Assembly: GCA_016840855.1 (NCBI GenBank)
Contig: JAEORO010000143.1
Span: 1 to 43,232 of the forward strand
Source: Candidatus Thorarchaeota archaeon
GTDB taxonomy: Archaea; Asgardarchaeota; Thorarchaeia; Thorarchaeales; Thorarchaeaceae
DNA length: 43,232 nucleotides
Reading direction: 5' to 3'
Shown one piece after another: positions 17,598 to 26,788 of this stretch (position 1 is the stretch's first letter; each line of letters begins with the position of its first letter). Under the pieces are notes generated by a model. The model searched no databases, was not told the origin of the DNA, and saw only the letters and a list, made by a program, of their open reading frames with translations. Position numbers and translations under genes: made by a program.

Positions 17598-17675
17598 GAT
17601 GAGTTCACTCAGGACATAGTGCAAATAGGTCATGACTTAAGAGTTACTGCGAAATTAATGATTCAGTGTTATAAC

Positions 17676-18215
17676 ATGCCTCTATTTGGACGTTCGAAAG
17701 ATTCGGAATACAGAGATGCTGCAAGATTGCTGAAGGAGGGAAAAGTCGCAGAAACAATCAGAAAGCTGAGAGTAATTGTCGAAAAGAGTCCCACACATGT
17801 CAATGCGTATGTGACCCTAGCTGTAGCCCTCATGGAGGCTCAAGAGAAACCTACAAGAGATAGCCCTCAGACCGTAGAGGCATTGGCTCTGCTCGATACA
17901 GCAGCTGCGTTGGACAAAAAGAATCCTATCCCATACTTCAATATGGGTGTGATACTCAGGAAGCTTGGTCTTCTTGAGGAAGCTCTAGTGAGCTTTGACA
18001 AAGCTTTGGAGAGGGAGGAACGGCAACCACTAGCGATAGCTAATATGGCGGAGATTAACTATGAGTTAGAACGGTGGGAGGAAGCAATTCGCCTAGCCAA
18101 ACTGGCTCTCATAAGAGACCCTGGTCTTGAATCATCTATGGGTTGGGTAAGAGTTGCTATGAGAAAAGCGGGAATGTTAGATCATGATGGCAATGTGATT
18201 CATCGTCCAGAGTGA
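17676..18215 (+). CDS. Tetratricopeptide repeat protein
   Basis: Repeated helical TPR patterns (AYVTLAVAL, PYFNMGVIL..LG..EEAL.SFDKAL, AIANMAEINY....WEEA). Likely start ATG 17676. Confidence 0.85.
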   Translation: MPLFGRSKDSEYRDAARLLKEGKVAETIRKLRVIVEKSPTHVNAYVTLAVALMEAQEKPTRDSPQTVEALALLDTAAALDKKNPIPYFNMGVILRKLGLLEEALVSFDKALEREERQPLAIANMAEINYELERWEEAIRLAKLALIRDPGLESSMGWVRVAMRKAGMLDHDGNVIHRPE

Positions 18216-18259
18216 TGGACAGTACGCAATGCTTAAATTGACACCTCTCGGCTTCAGCA

Positions 18260-18304
18260 CAGTTACGAGTCGTGACAAACGACTCCGTATACTATAACTG
18301 GTGA
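18260..18304 (+). promoter_or_regulatory. Structured 5' leader of rps19
   Basis: GAGTCGT-GACAA-ACGACTC perfect stem (18267-18285) inside an outer CAGTTA/TAACTG pair whose 3' arm touches the GGTGA SD. Confidence 0.5.
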
Positions 18305-18308
18305 TTAC

Positions 18309-18719
18309 ATGTCACAAAAAGGCGAACCAATGTACCGCGGGTATCCCCTGTCAGAGTTGGCTAAGATGAATATGGACTCGCTCATCGAGCTACTACCATC
18401 ACGCAGGAGAAGGACCCTCAAGCGCGGCTTACCCCCACGTCAGAAAAAACTGCTTATGAAACTCAGAGCAGCAAGAAAACAACAAAGGAAAGGTAAGGAA
18501 GTCGTCGTTCGTACTCATTGTCGTGACATGGTCATTCTTCCTGAAATGGTGGACCTTACTATCGCTGTTCACAATGGCAAGGAATTTTCCCGGATAAAGA
18601 TCATTCCTCAAATGATTGGACACGTGCTTGGAGAGTTTGCGGTTACTAACAAACCCGTAAAACATGGAAACCCAGGTATTGGAGCTACCAAATCTTCAGC
18701 TTACGTACCACTAAAATAA
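18309..18719 (+). CDS. rps19p: 30S ribosomal protein uS19 (archaeal S19P / eukaryotic S15 family)
   Basis: [65 protein letters not shown]. Confidence 0.98.
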   Translation: MSQKGEPMYRGYPLSELAKMNMDSLIELLPSRRRRTLKRGLPPRQKKLLMKLRAARKQQRKGKEVVVRTHCRDMVILPEMVDLTIAVHNGKEFSRIKIIPQMIGHVLGEFAVTNKPVKHGNPGIGATKSSAYVPLK

Positions 18720-18954
18720 AACATATTCAGAAAAGGAGCTTCATAAGCCCTTTTTTCCAAGATTTCTTATTCAAATAGTCTTTGACACATTCGAGATTAG
18801 ATGATTTATTCTACAGCATATGGGGATGAAGGTCCTCTAAGAAACACAAACCAACATGCAGAGTCATGTGCAAAAGTGGCAGGAAACATTCTGAATTTTA
18901 AAGGGGTTGCTTAGTGCATACTGCTAATATGTGTCCTACATCATCGAACATATC

Positions 18955-19467
18955 ATGGACGCTCTAGAAGTAATCTATACAAGGCGAAGTATCAGAAAAT
19001 TCGTAATGAAAGAGATACCTGATGAGGACGTCATTAAGATTCTGAAAGCAGGGATGTGTGCCCCGACAGCTGGAAACCAAAGACCTTGGCAATTCATCGT
19101 CGTTAGGGAGAGGGAGATGTTTGATTGTTTCATGGAAGCTTATCAGTACACGAAGCAGATGTTAGTAGATGTCCCTGTGGCAATAATGGTTTGTCTTGAT
19201 CGGAATCGAGAAAAATACGAGAATCGCTGGCAAATGGACTGTGCCAACGCTACTTTAAACATGCTACTTGCCGCACATAGTATGGGATACGGTGGTCTTT
19301 GGCTTGAGATATATCCAGTTGAGGAACGTATTAAGATGATTCAGGAATCTTTCGAACTCCCAGAAACAGTAATTCCCTTTGCTTTAGTAACTGTTGGACA
19401 TGCTGCTGAAGAAAAGCCTCTGGTTGATCGATATGATTCGTCATTAATCCATTACAACAAATGGTAA
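18955..19467 (+). CDS. Nitroreductase family protein
   Basis: TRRSIRKF, APTAGNQRPWQFIVV, DCANATLNMLLAAHSMGYGGLW, IHYNKW. Confidence 0.95.
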   Translation: MDALEVIYTRRSIRKFVMKEIPDEDVIKILKAGMCAPTAGNQRPWQFIVVREREMFDCFMEAYQYTKQMLVDVPVAIMVCLDRNREKYENRWQMDCANATLNMLLAAHSMGYGGLWLEIYPVEERIKMIQESFELPETVIPFALVTVGHAAEEKPLVDRYDSSLIHYNKW

Positions 19468-19522
19468 CAAGGGAGTAAATCCGCTTTTTGGGGTAATAGA
19501 TTAATTCATAGTGCGTGATAGA

Positions 19523-19756
19523 TTAATAGTCAGACGCGCTTATCATATACCTCTGACGGTTCCATTTCACCCACTCCCACCCAAATATGAGCCCTATTAC
19601 ACACAGCCCAAGCCCAATCAAATCTTTAACCGGGGAGTATGTGGGAAAGCGACCGCCTTGTCCCCCGAGAAGTAAGAGTCCTGCAACGATGAACGCTGCA
19701 GCAAGGCAGGATAGATAATCACGATTTTTAATAGTTGTTTGATTTTCTTCGTTCAC
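19523..19756 (-). CDS. Small two-TM hypothetical membrane protein
   Basis: 77-aa ORF with two hydrophobic segments; GGGGT SD-like sequence upstream. Confidence 0.5.
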   Translation of the reverse strand: MNEENQTTIKNRDYLSCLAAAFIVAGLLLLGGQGGRFPTYSPVKDLIGLGLCVIGLIFGWEWVKWNRQRYMISASDY

Positions 19757-20032
19757 CTACAGAATTACCCCTGTCTTAGATTTAAGAACAAATTAGACTT
19801 CACATTAGAATAGACAGACAGTATAGATGAATGATTCGCTCATTTTTTAGAATAGAGCTATGAACAACAAGGGTAGTTACGCAATCAGTGGAAGAAGCAA
19901 TATAGCAGTCATAGAGATAACCACTAGCAACGTGTTTATCGAGGGGCTCGCAGTGTCTTTGAATGGATCACCCAACATTTAGAAAGACTCCTTGGTTTAT
20001 ACTCTTTTAAATTACTCAATTATTTGGTTGGG

Positions 20033-20116
20033 TGGCGAACACTGGGAAATCGTGGTAGGAGGGGGGAGTTTTCGTATGAGGGCATTGTTACGAAAAACAG
20101 ACCCATGTGTTCGCCA
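20033..20116. other. Nested inverted-repeat element (candidate structured RNA or leader)
   Basis: TGGCGAACAC-TGGG (20033-20046) pairs with CCCA-T-GTGTTCGCCA (20102-20116); inner TTTTCGTA/TACGAAAA (20069-20096). Confidence 0.6.
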
Positions 20117-20356
20117 TTGATTTCATCTGGTCTTCAGCAACAATGTATCTATAGTATTGATTTGAACCCAGGGTATACCTGATATTCTCAGATACCCCAA
20201 AAATCCATCAAAGAATATACAAGTCCTTGGTTTGAGTGGTGGTGTAGCATTGTTCCTGCATGTTTTCCTATGATGCTATGAGATTGAAATGAGATAACAG
20301 TGCATCTCGGATAGACCGAGCTAATTCTATGAACAGGTGCAACCACCATAGTACTA

Positions 20357-20755
20357 TTGCAAGTTACAGGTGAAGTTATTTGGTTTGATGTATTTAGTTC
20401 GCGCACGACTCCCGGAGTTGATCGAGTGAGTCTAAAAGGGCCACTACGCGATAAGAAGGGTTACATCAAGACTATCTTAGAACCACTTAACATAGTAGTT
20501 CAGAGTCTTAGGAACCGGACCGTCGGAGATGCAATTGCGTATTATGAGATGATTTGGGACACTCCAACTGTAGAACCTCATACTGGAGATATTGAGATTG
20601 CACTTATGTCTCGGTTTGATGAGTTATTGTTCAAGATAGTAAATGAAAGTCTGACAAGTGAGCGTGTTGTACGGCGAGTCACTAGTCGCAGCACGAGAGT
20701 GTTTTTTAGACACACTGCAAATCTCGAAGTTTCAATTGACACATCAGCAGTTTAG
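20357..20755 (+). CDS. Hypothetical protein
   Basis: 132-aa ORF; AGGTGA SD near its 5' end; no family recognised. Confidence 0.5.
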   Translation: MQVTGEVIWFDVFSSRTTPGVDRVSLKGPLRDKKGYIKTILEPLNIVVQSLRNRTVGDAIAYYEMIWDTPTVEPHTGDIEIALMSRFDELLFKIVNESLTSERVVRRVTSRSTRVFFRHTANLEVSIDTSAV

Positions 20756-20831
20756 TTTCTCGAATCCTTAGCTTTATTTCTGTTCATGTAAATCTGACTC
20801 CAATCACATGTCGTGGTGGATGATGTATTAG

Positions 20832-21062
20832 ATGAGTCAAGAGAAACGATTAGGTTTTCGAGGACCCTTAGTATTAGCACTTGGAGGAACTCTTATCATG
20901 TTCCCGCTTCTATCGTATGCCCAGCTACTATATGATGGTAGACTTTCATTCCCATATGAGGGGGCAGCAGTTGGCATGATGGTATGGGTGTGTTTGATTA
21001 CTTTTCTTGGTCTTTTAATAGCTGGAATGGGACTTCAGATGATTCTTGCCGATAGCAGATAG
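20832..21062 (+). CDS. Small two-TM hypothetical membrane protein
   Basis: ATG with upstream GGTGG; two clear hydrophobic helices. Confidence 0.65.
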   Translation: MSQEKRLGFRGPLVLALGGTLIMFPLLSYAQLLYDGRLSFPYEGAAVGMMVWVCLITFLGLLIAGMGLQMILADSR

Positions 21063-21088
21063 AGGAGGTGCCATGTGGCCCCTCCCTC
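21061..21088. terminator. Hairpin between convergent genes
   Basis: GAGGAGGTGCCA-TG-TGGCCCCTCCCTC imperfect inverted repeat. Confidence 0.45.
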
Positions 21089-21102
21089 ATATATTTCATC
21101 AA

Positions 21103-22803
21103 TCACCGGAACTTGACAAAGTAGATCACAAGTACTAGGGCAATAACAGCTACTCCAACGACAATACCAATGAGAAGGGGGTCAAAGGTCGCGGGTGTTC
21201 CTAGTGATATTACAAACTCTGTGAAACCACTATAGTTGTTGCCAAAGAAGATGCTGAATCCTGAACTTGTCAAGTCGTCTGAGAGCATAATGGTAGCTTG
21301 ATCAGTGAGCGATTGTCCACTGTTAATAGCGATGATGGAGTCCAATGTGGTACCAAACTCATCAAGAATTAACACACTCTCTTTGCTTCCAAGACGAGGA
21401 CTCAGACATTCTGTCCTAGTAGACACAGATATGCTTGTTCCAGCTGTGATGCCTCCAGAGATTCCTGTTATAGATACATCAAGTCTAGGAGTCATTTCAA
21501 GCAGATAGACGAATGATGGAAGCATATCTTCCCAGAGCGAATTGATATACTCGTCATCTGGATTGAAGTAGCCATAGATACCTTTCCACTCACGGATAAT
21601 GTGCGTGCTGTTGTTCTCTATGATTACATGAGCTGATTCCAAGTCCACGGTCCCATTATGGTATAGCTCCAGAGTGATAGGTACCGTGGTGCCACGCTCA
21701 TAATACATCCATTCAGCCCAACCTCCACTCAGACCAGCTTCCTGTGACATTCCTGATGCCATATTGCCAAGATAATTATTGAAACTGTTTGGCAAGATAT
21801 CATTCAAATCGGTGTATACCTGATAATAGAGGATAGGTTCAGTCCACTCTTCAAATTCATCAGCGGGGAAATAAGTCGCATTAATTCCGGAGTGTAGCGA
21901 GTATGCCATAGCGAACCTATGTTTTTGTGTAAAGTCACGAAAAGCTTGGGTTTCAGGTTCTGAGAAGGGTTGAGTTCCACAATAAATCTGCGTAATAGGA
22001 TTAAGCAAGTCAGGGTCATCAAGTCCCCAGAATGTTGCATAATTCCTGTTTAGGTCGACGAGACCGACCTCATCTTCATTGATTAAACCATCCTCATCGT
22101 TGTCAATACCCTCCCAGTACTCCCAGTCGTAGTCGTTGATATGAGGAACTTCGGTTGGATAGTCCTTTTCATAGACAAGGAAATTAGAGATCCATCCGTC
22201 GCCATTTACATCTTCTAAATCATCCTCAGAGAAGAGACCATCTGCATCATTGTCGTATGGACGTAGGTTCTTTCTCAACCAATGATTCCCTTGATTTATA
22301 ACAATCTCAAGCGCATCAGGATTGAGAGTAGGAATAACGTATATCTCTTGAGTATCAATATATTCAGTGACAACAACATCCTCTCCATAATTATTGAGAA
22401 GATGGAGTACAAACCGCAGAGCCATTTCGACAGTAATCTGCTCCCGTCCATGATGCTGAGCTAGAACTAGTGTCTTGGCTTTTTGAACAGTATTCAGCTC
22501 GTTAGTGATACGAATACATGTAAGATTTCGACCTTGGTAGCTTTGACCAATTACCTCTAAATCAACAAGTTCAGGTACTAGATTGTGTATGTTCTCGATC
22601 TCTTCATCTAATTCTGTAGGATCGTGAAACTGGTCATCATAAAGTAATGTAACATCTTCCCATGTGCGAGTCACAGATGGCGTGACAACTTTCTCAATGA
22701 CTGGCACTTCTCCAGCTTGTTGTGTAGCCATCACTTGGATAGGAGTTGTAATCAGAGCAAGAATTAGAGCGAGAAGAAATATTCGTGGTTTAACATGTGT
22801 GAT
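21103..22803 (-). CDS. Membrane-anchored M14 zinc carboxypeptidase with Ca-binding DxDxDG-type repeats; apparent ATC start
   Basis: HHGREQ, NPDA, RKN, DLNRNY, SEPET, SLHSG, TLELY; DNDADG/DVNGDG/DNDEDG loops; C-terminal TM + KFR. A signal peptide (KPRIFLLALILALITTPIQVMA) lies upstream of the track start, beginning at ATC 22803 after GAGGTGA. Confidence 0.92.
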   Translation of the reverse strand: MTHVKPRIFLLALILALITTPIQVMATQQAGEVPVIEKVVTPSVTRTWEDVTLLYDDQFHDPTELDEEIENIHNLVPELVDLEVIGQSYQGRNLTCIRITNELNTVQKAKTLVLAQHHGREQITVEMALRFVLHLLNNYGEDVVVTEYIDTQEIYVIPTLNPDALEIVINQGNHWLRKNLRPYDNDADGLFSEDDLEDVNGDGWISNFLVYEKDYPTEVPHINDYDWEYWEGIDNDEDGLINEDEVGLVDLNRNYATFWGLDDPDLLNPITQIYCGTQPFSEPETQAFRDFTQKHRFAMAYSLHSGINATYFPADEFEEWTEPILYYQVYTDLNDILPNSFNNYLGNMASGMSQEAGLSGGWAEWMYYERGTTVPITLELYHNGTVDLESAHVIIENNSTHIIREWKGIYGYFNPDDEYINSLWEDMLPSFVYLLEMTPRLDVSITGISGGITAGTSISVSTRTECLSPRLGSKESVLILDEFGTTLDSIIAINSGQSLTDQATIMLSDDLTSSGFSIFFGNNYSGFTEFVISLGTPATFDPLLIGIVVGVAVIALVLVIYFVKFR

Positions 22804-23035
22804 CTTAGTTCACCTCATTTCTTCTGATGTAATGAAGTCCCAAACGTTCAACCGGACAACAACGCAATATGGGACCCATTAGCAGTTTATCAAAGTGTCA
22901 TTAGTTCCTATAATAGCAGTTTAGTTTCACGTAATGTCTCGCTGTTTTCAGCTACCATGTTTCAATAACAATAAAGCACATGCTGAAACAATGAAAATAA
23001 GAGGGAGCGAAAGATGATTCGTGTGGCGACAGCTC

Positions 23036-23494
23036 ATGAAAAAAGCTATCATCATCTATGAGAGTGTCTATGGTAATACGAGAAAGATTGCAGAAGCGAT
23101 TTGTAAGGGCATCAACGAGGTTGAGGGAGCAGAATGTCTCATAAGAAAGACTGGTGAGATACATACTGACGACCTTTGTGATTATGATGCGATTATTCTT
23201 GGATGTCCGAATCATAACCAGGAACCAGCACTTAATCTGGTCAAGTTTATAGATAGAGCATCCATTGTGCATCTTAAAGGAAAGTTTGGAGCAGCATTCG
23301 ATACATACACAGGTGGAAACAAGGATGTTGCTGTGACCAAACTAGAAGCTAGAATTCATGAAAAGCTTCCAGGAATTGAGTTGATAGGAAGTCTGTCATC
23401 AAAAGTTACAGGACGCAAGGGACCCCTAGCAGGTGATGAGGAATCAAAAGCACTAGATTTTGGAGTAAAGTTTGCGAGAAAACTCCTAGAATAG
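23036..23494 (+). CDS. Flavodoxin-like protein
   Basis: IIYESVYGNTRKIAEAI, YDAIILGCP, GAAFDTY. Confidence 0.9.
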   Translation: MKKAIIIYESVYGNTRKIAEAICKGINEVEGAECLIRKTGEIHTDDLCDYDAIILGCPNHNQEPALNLVKFIDRASIVHLKGKFGAAFDTYTGGNKDVAVTKLEARIHEKLPGIELIGSLSSKVTGRKGPLAGDEESKALDFGVKFARKLLE

Positions 23495-23577
23495 CATCAG
23501 TATCAAGTTAGGCTAACAATTCATAAGCATTAGAATCTAAACGATACTAGATTCGCGTAGACTTGGAGGTAGACCGT

Positions 23578-24180
23578 ATGCAGAATCGGAAAATTGCAAT
23601 TGCAACTATTATAGGGATTATCTTGTTTATCACAGATCTGAAATATGGATGGATTGCATACCCACTCAGCGGGATTCCAAGCATATTCCTTATTGTTTTC
23701 ATCGTGGGAATAATTGCAGGTGACGGAGGTTCGGGATTCGTGAGTGGGATATTAGCTGAAGTGCTAGGCGTTCTAATAGTAGCTTTGCTTCCTGAAATTT
23801 TAAGCCCTGAATTTACTATTAGTGGGGCAGATGTATTTAGTCGAATGTGGGCCATTATGATACTATCAGTTTCGTATAGCGTGAGATTCGAGAGCGAACC
23901 AATAATTGTTATCTTTCTTTGGTTAATATTACTAGTCTGGATTGCTCCCCTCATTTTCGGTATGGCAATTCTTTTCGGACCCTTAGGCGGCTTTATTGGA
24001 AGTTTCATCTATTCAAGGGTTTCAAGATCAGAGGCAACTCCAGCAAGAGTACCCTCTCCACAACCCCAACTAGCAACCCCGCCACCACTTAAAGAGGAAC
24101 CTATAAAGGATACATCCTTTCCAGATGTAGAAACAAGTCCAGAGGATGTCTCAGATGAGGAACCAGACTCTCCGGAATAA
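23578..24180 (+). CDS. Hypothetical multi-TM membrane protein with Pro/acidic C-terminal tail
   Basis: About five hydrophobic helices, then PSPQPQLATPPP...DEEPDSPE; GGAGG SD before ATG 23578. Confidence 0.75.
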   Translation: MQNRKIAIATIIGIILFITDLKYGWIAYPLSGIPSIFLIVFIVGIIAGDGGSGFVSGILAEVLGVLIVALLPEILSPEFTISGADVFSRMWAIMILSVSYSVRFESEPIIVIFLWLILLVWIAPLIFGMAILFGPLGGFIGSFIYSRVSRSEATPARVPSPQPQLATPPPLKEEPIKDTSFPDVETSPEDVSDEEPDSPE

Positions 24181-24329
24181 AAGCTATCAGGGTAAAATAA
24201 CAACAGTTATAACATATTAAATGCTAATATTTAATGTGTGAGGACACTCTAAAGTCCCGACAGTCCCAAGTTTCAGCCCATTAGCAGATATCCGCTGATC
24301 AACCTGGAGAAATCGCATGAGACGGAGCA

Positions 24330-24668
24330 ATGAAGATAGAGGCAATGCACATGTCTGGAGCAGAAACGAAAACCCCATGTGGTAAATGCAGTTGCATCAT
24401 ACTGTATACCTCTGAGTTCTGCGTATTCTGTGATGCTGCTGAAGAAATACTAATTGAAGCTCTCATGAATTTTGGAGTTTCCAGGACCGCTATCCGTGAG
24501 GTCGATGTTGAAACAGAGGATGAATGTGGATGCAGAACTGATGATGTCACAATGTTGCCAACTATCAAGGTCTGCGATCAACACCTTACTGGACTACCAG
24601 AAGAGCAATCTATGAGAGATGCTGTAATGCAGGCTATCATGAAGGACTGCTTTTGCGAACAGTGCTAG
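24330..24668 (+). CDS. Cys-rich thioredoxin-fold protein
   Basis: ILYTSEFCVFC (CxxC), REVDVE, cis-Pro motif MLPTI, LTGLP; 11 Cys in total. Confidence 0.8.
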   Translation: MKIEAMHMSGAETKTPCGKCSCIILYTSEFCVFCDAAEEILIEALMNFGVSRTAIREVDVETEDECGCRTDDVTMLPTIKVCDQHLTGLPEEQSMRDAVMQAIMKDCFCEQC

Positions 24669-25120
24669 AAATCAAGTTGAATTGTTTCCCAGCGCACACG
24701 ACCCTGTTCTACTGCTTCTTTGATTTTACGCTCAGTGAGATTCAATTGAGCATTGCCAGTCTTGATGTCTGCAAGGATGACTGTAATTGGCTCATCTGAG
24801 TGGCTATCCTTTACTGCACTGTAACCATCAAAAATGAGATAATCGATTGGAGCGCCGATGAACCGAGCATCGGAGGGATCATACTTGAAGACATCTCTAT
24901 ACATTGGGACCATGTGCTCTGCTATCTTGCCCTTCAGAACATAACGGCTTCTGTCTGCAGCATCTTTTCTGATTGATGACTCTTGTTCAGCCCAAGTCTG
25001 ACGAAACTCTTTCTCTATCATTGCTATCCGATGACGAAGTTGCATTTTCATTATCAAGTATACACATGCAGTTAGAATTAGACCAATTGAGAACCCAATG
25101 AGAATATCTGTGAGTGCCAT
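24665..25120 (-). CDS. Holliday junction resolvase-like endonuclease (Endonuc_Holl type) with N-terminal TM
   Basis: IRKDAADRSRYVLKGKIAEHMVP, PSDARFIGAPIDYLIFDG, DIKTG.AQL...ERKIKEAVEQGRVRWE. Confidence 0.9.
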   Translation of the reverse strand: MALTDILIGFSIGLILTACVYLIMKMQLRHRIAMIEKEFRQTWAEQESSIRKDAADRSRYVLKGKIAEHMVPMYRDVFKYDPSDARFIGAPIDYLIFDGYSAVKDSHSDEPITVILADIKTGNAQLNLTERKIKEAVEQGRVRWETIQLDF

Positions 25121-25247
25121 ACAAGAGAGTTAACGCGGATACATATATTCTCAGGTAATCTGCAGGTATTCGATGGACATTACTTCTTGAGAGGAAAAAG
25201 CTGACCCTTAAGTGTGAGTTTCGCTAGAATACAACTAGTGACACAGA

Positions 25248-26297
25248 ATGTCTGAAGAAACTCTGGATCTTCTGAAGACCCTATCTGCAACTCCGGGACC
25301 TGTTGGTAGAGAGAAGATGGTTCAAGACATTATCAAGGACCACTTCAAGGAATACTGTGGGAGCTACACCCAAGATAGACTTGGTAATGTTATAGGAACA
25401 TTAGAAGGGGACATCAAGAAGCATTTTGCAGTCGTAGCACATGCAGATGAAGTTGGATTCCTTGTTAGTAATATAGATGAGCAAGGATTCTTACGTGTGA
25501 AGTGGAACACACAAGGGCACATGCCAGACCTTCGCCTTTTACCAGGACAATGGGTTCTGATTATGACTGAAACAGGACTGATTCCAGGTGTTTTTTGTGT
25601 TATGACAGCGCACTTGGCAGGTCCTGAGGGAAAAAACAGAATCCCGACATATGAAGAGGTCTTCCTAGATATTGGAGCGAAAAACATCGAGGATGTTCAG
25701 GATTTGGGTATAAACATAGGCGACCCTGTAATCTATGCAGCCCCGGTTGAAAAACTATTGAATCATCATGTTTCTGGAAAGTCCATGGATGACAGGGTAG
25801 GACTTGTTGTGCTGTTGAGAGTTTTGACTCAATTTGCCAAGGTATCAAAAGCTAAACGACCCACTATTACATTCGTTTCAACAGTAATGGAGGAAATGGG
25901 AGCAAGAGGAGCAGCTGTTGTAGCGAAAACCCTTGACGTTGATGGTGTAATTATCATAGATATTGGGCTTGCAGATGACCATCCAGGGACTAGGGGAGAA
26001 ACAGGTATTGCTTTGGGGAAGGGACCAGTTGTAGTGATCAAAGACAAGGCTATGCATTACTCACATGACTTAATTCAGAGCATCATTAAAACAGCTGAGA
26101 GAGAGGAAATACCAATTCAACGCGCAGTGTTTCACTCGTATATGACCGATGGTGTTCAATTTGCTTCACACAATCAAGTTGTATCTGTGTTGGCAGTACC
26201 ATGTAGATATTCTCATTCTAGTTTTGAAACTGTGAGTCTTTTGGATATAGATATGGCAATACATCTACTGCTGAAACTGCTTGGAACTAGTTCTTAG
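25248..26297 (+). CDS. M42 family metallo-aminopeptidase (TET-like)
   Basis: PGPVGRE, AHADEVG, FLDIGA, KSMDDRVG, MEEMGARGA, TDG, PCRYSHS. Confidence 0.93.
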   Translation: MSEETLDLLKTLSATPGPVGREKMVQDIIKDHFKEYCGSYTQDRLGNVIGTLEGDIKKHFAVVAHADEVGFLVSNIDEQGFLRVKWNTQGHMPDLRLLPGQWVLIMTETGLIPGVFCVMTAHLAGPEGKNRIPTYEEVFLDIGAKNIEDVQDLGINIGDPVIYAAPVEKLLNHHVSGKSMDDRVGLVVLLRVLTQFAKVSKAKRPTITFVSTVMEEMGARGAAVVAKTLDVDGVIIIDIGLADDHPGTRGETGIALGKGPVVVIKDKAMHYSHDLIQSIIKTAEREEIPIQRAVFHSYMTDGVQFASHNQVVSVLAVPCRYSHSSFETVSLLDIDMAIHLLLKLLGTSS

Positions 26298-26691
26298 CAG
26301 ACCTGTGAGATATAGGTTCCACACGTACCTTCATACTCTCACGAGCTAACACGACAACTTCGGTTCCTGCGCTAATGGGACCAACATCACAACGAGCCTC
26401 CCAAATCTCGGCTCCGACCTTAATCTTCCCGGTCTTCTGCGTGACTTCCTCAATAACAATTCCCGTCATCCCCTGTAGTTCATAGAAAGGTCTAGCCTCA
26501 TCCAATAGAGATGGATAGACAAGGTAGTATTTTCCAGCGACAAATATTGCAGCGCCAATTAACAATAGGACAGTAGCAGGTAGAAACCATTCAGGTTTAA
26601 AGATGAAAACAATCCACATAGCTATGGGAATTAAGACCAATTCGTCTACTGTTATTGCAATGAATTTAGCTCTAGGTGAGAAATCCACCAT
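26287..26691 (-). CDS. NfeD-like (short, YbbJ-type) membrane protein
   Basis: N-terminal TM helices, then OB-fold GMTGIVIE...GKIKVGAEIWEAR...I.AGTEVVVL...VRVEP. Confidence 0.85.
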   Translation of the reverse strand: MVDFSPRAKFIAITVDELVLIPIAMWIVFIFKPEWFLPATVLLLIGAAIFVAGKYYLVYPSLLDEARPFYELQGMTGIVIEEVTQKTGKIKVGAEIWEARCDVGPISAGTEVVVLARESMKVRVEPISHRSAKN

Positions 26692-26788
26692 ATTAACACA
26701 TCCTATTTTTCAAGCATTCATTAGTGCGAGATGAAAAAAAGGTTTGCAACTCGGATATCTTTGGAACAACTTTAGATAGATAGTACGA

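Noticed and set aside
17385-17633. 82-aa track ORF as an intact gene
   Set aside because: It is the N-terminal fragment of the PMM pseudogene running out of frame past the deletion junction.
19790-19978. Possible membrane-protein gene starting MLGDPFKDTASPSINTLLVVIS on the minus strand with AAGGAG upstream
   Set aside because: Stops after 33 codons with further stops; may be a decayed gene, but no family is recognisable.
24665-25120. Endonuclease as marker of a mobile element
   Set aside because: No integrase, transposase, terminal repeats or att sites nearby; this family is commonly chromosomal.
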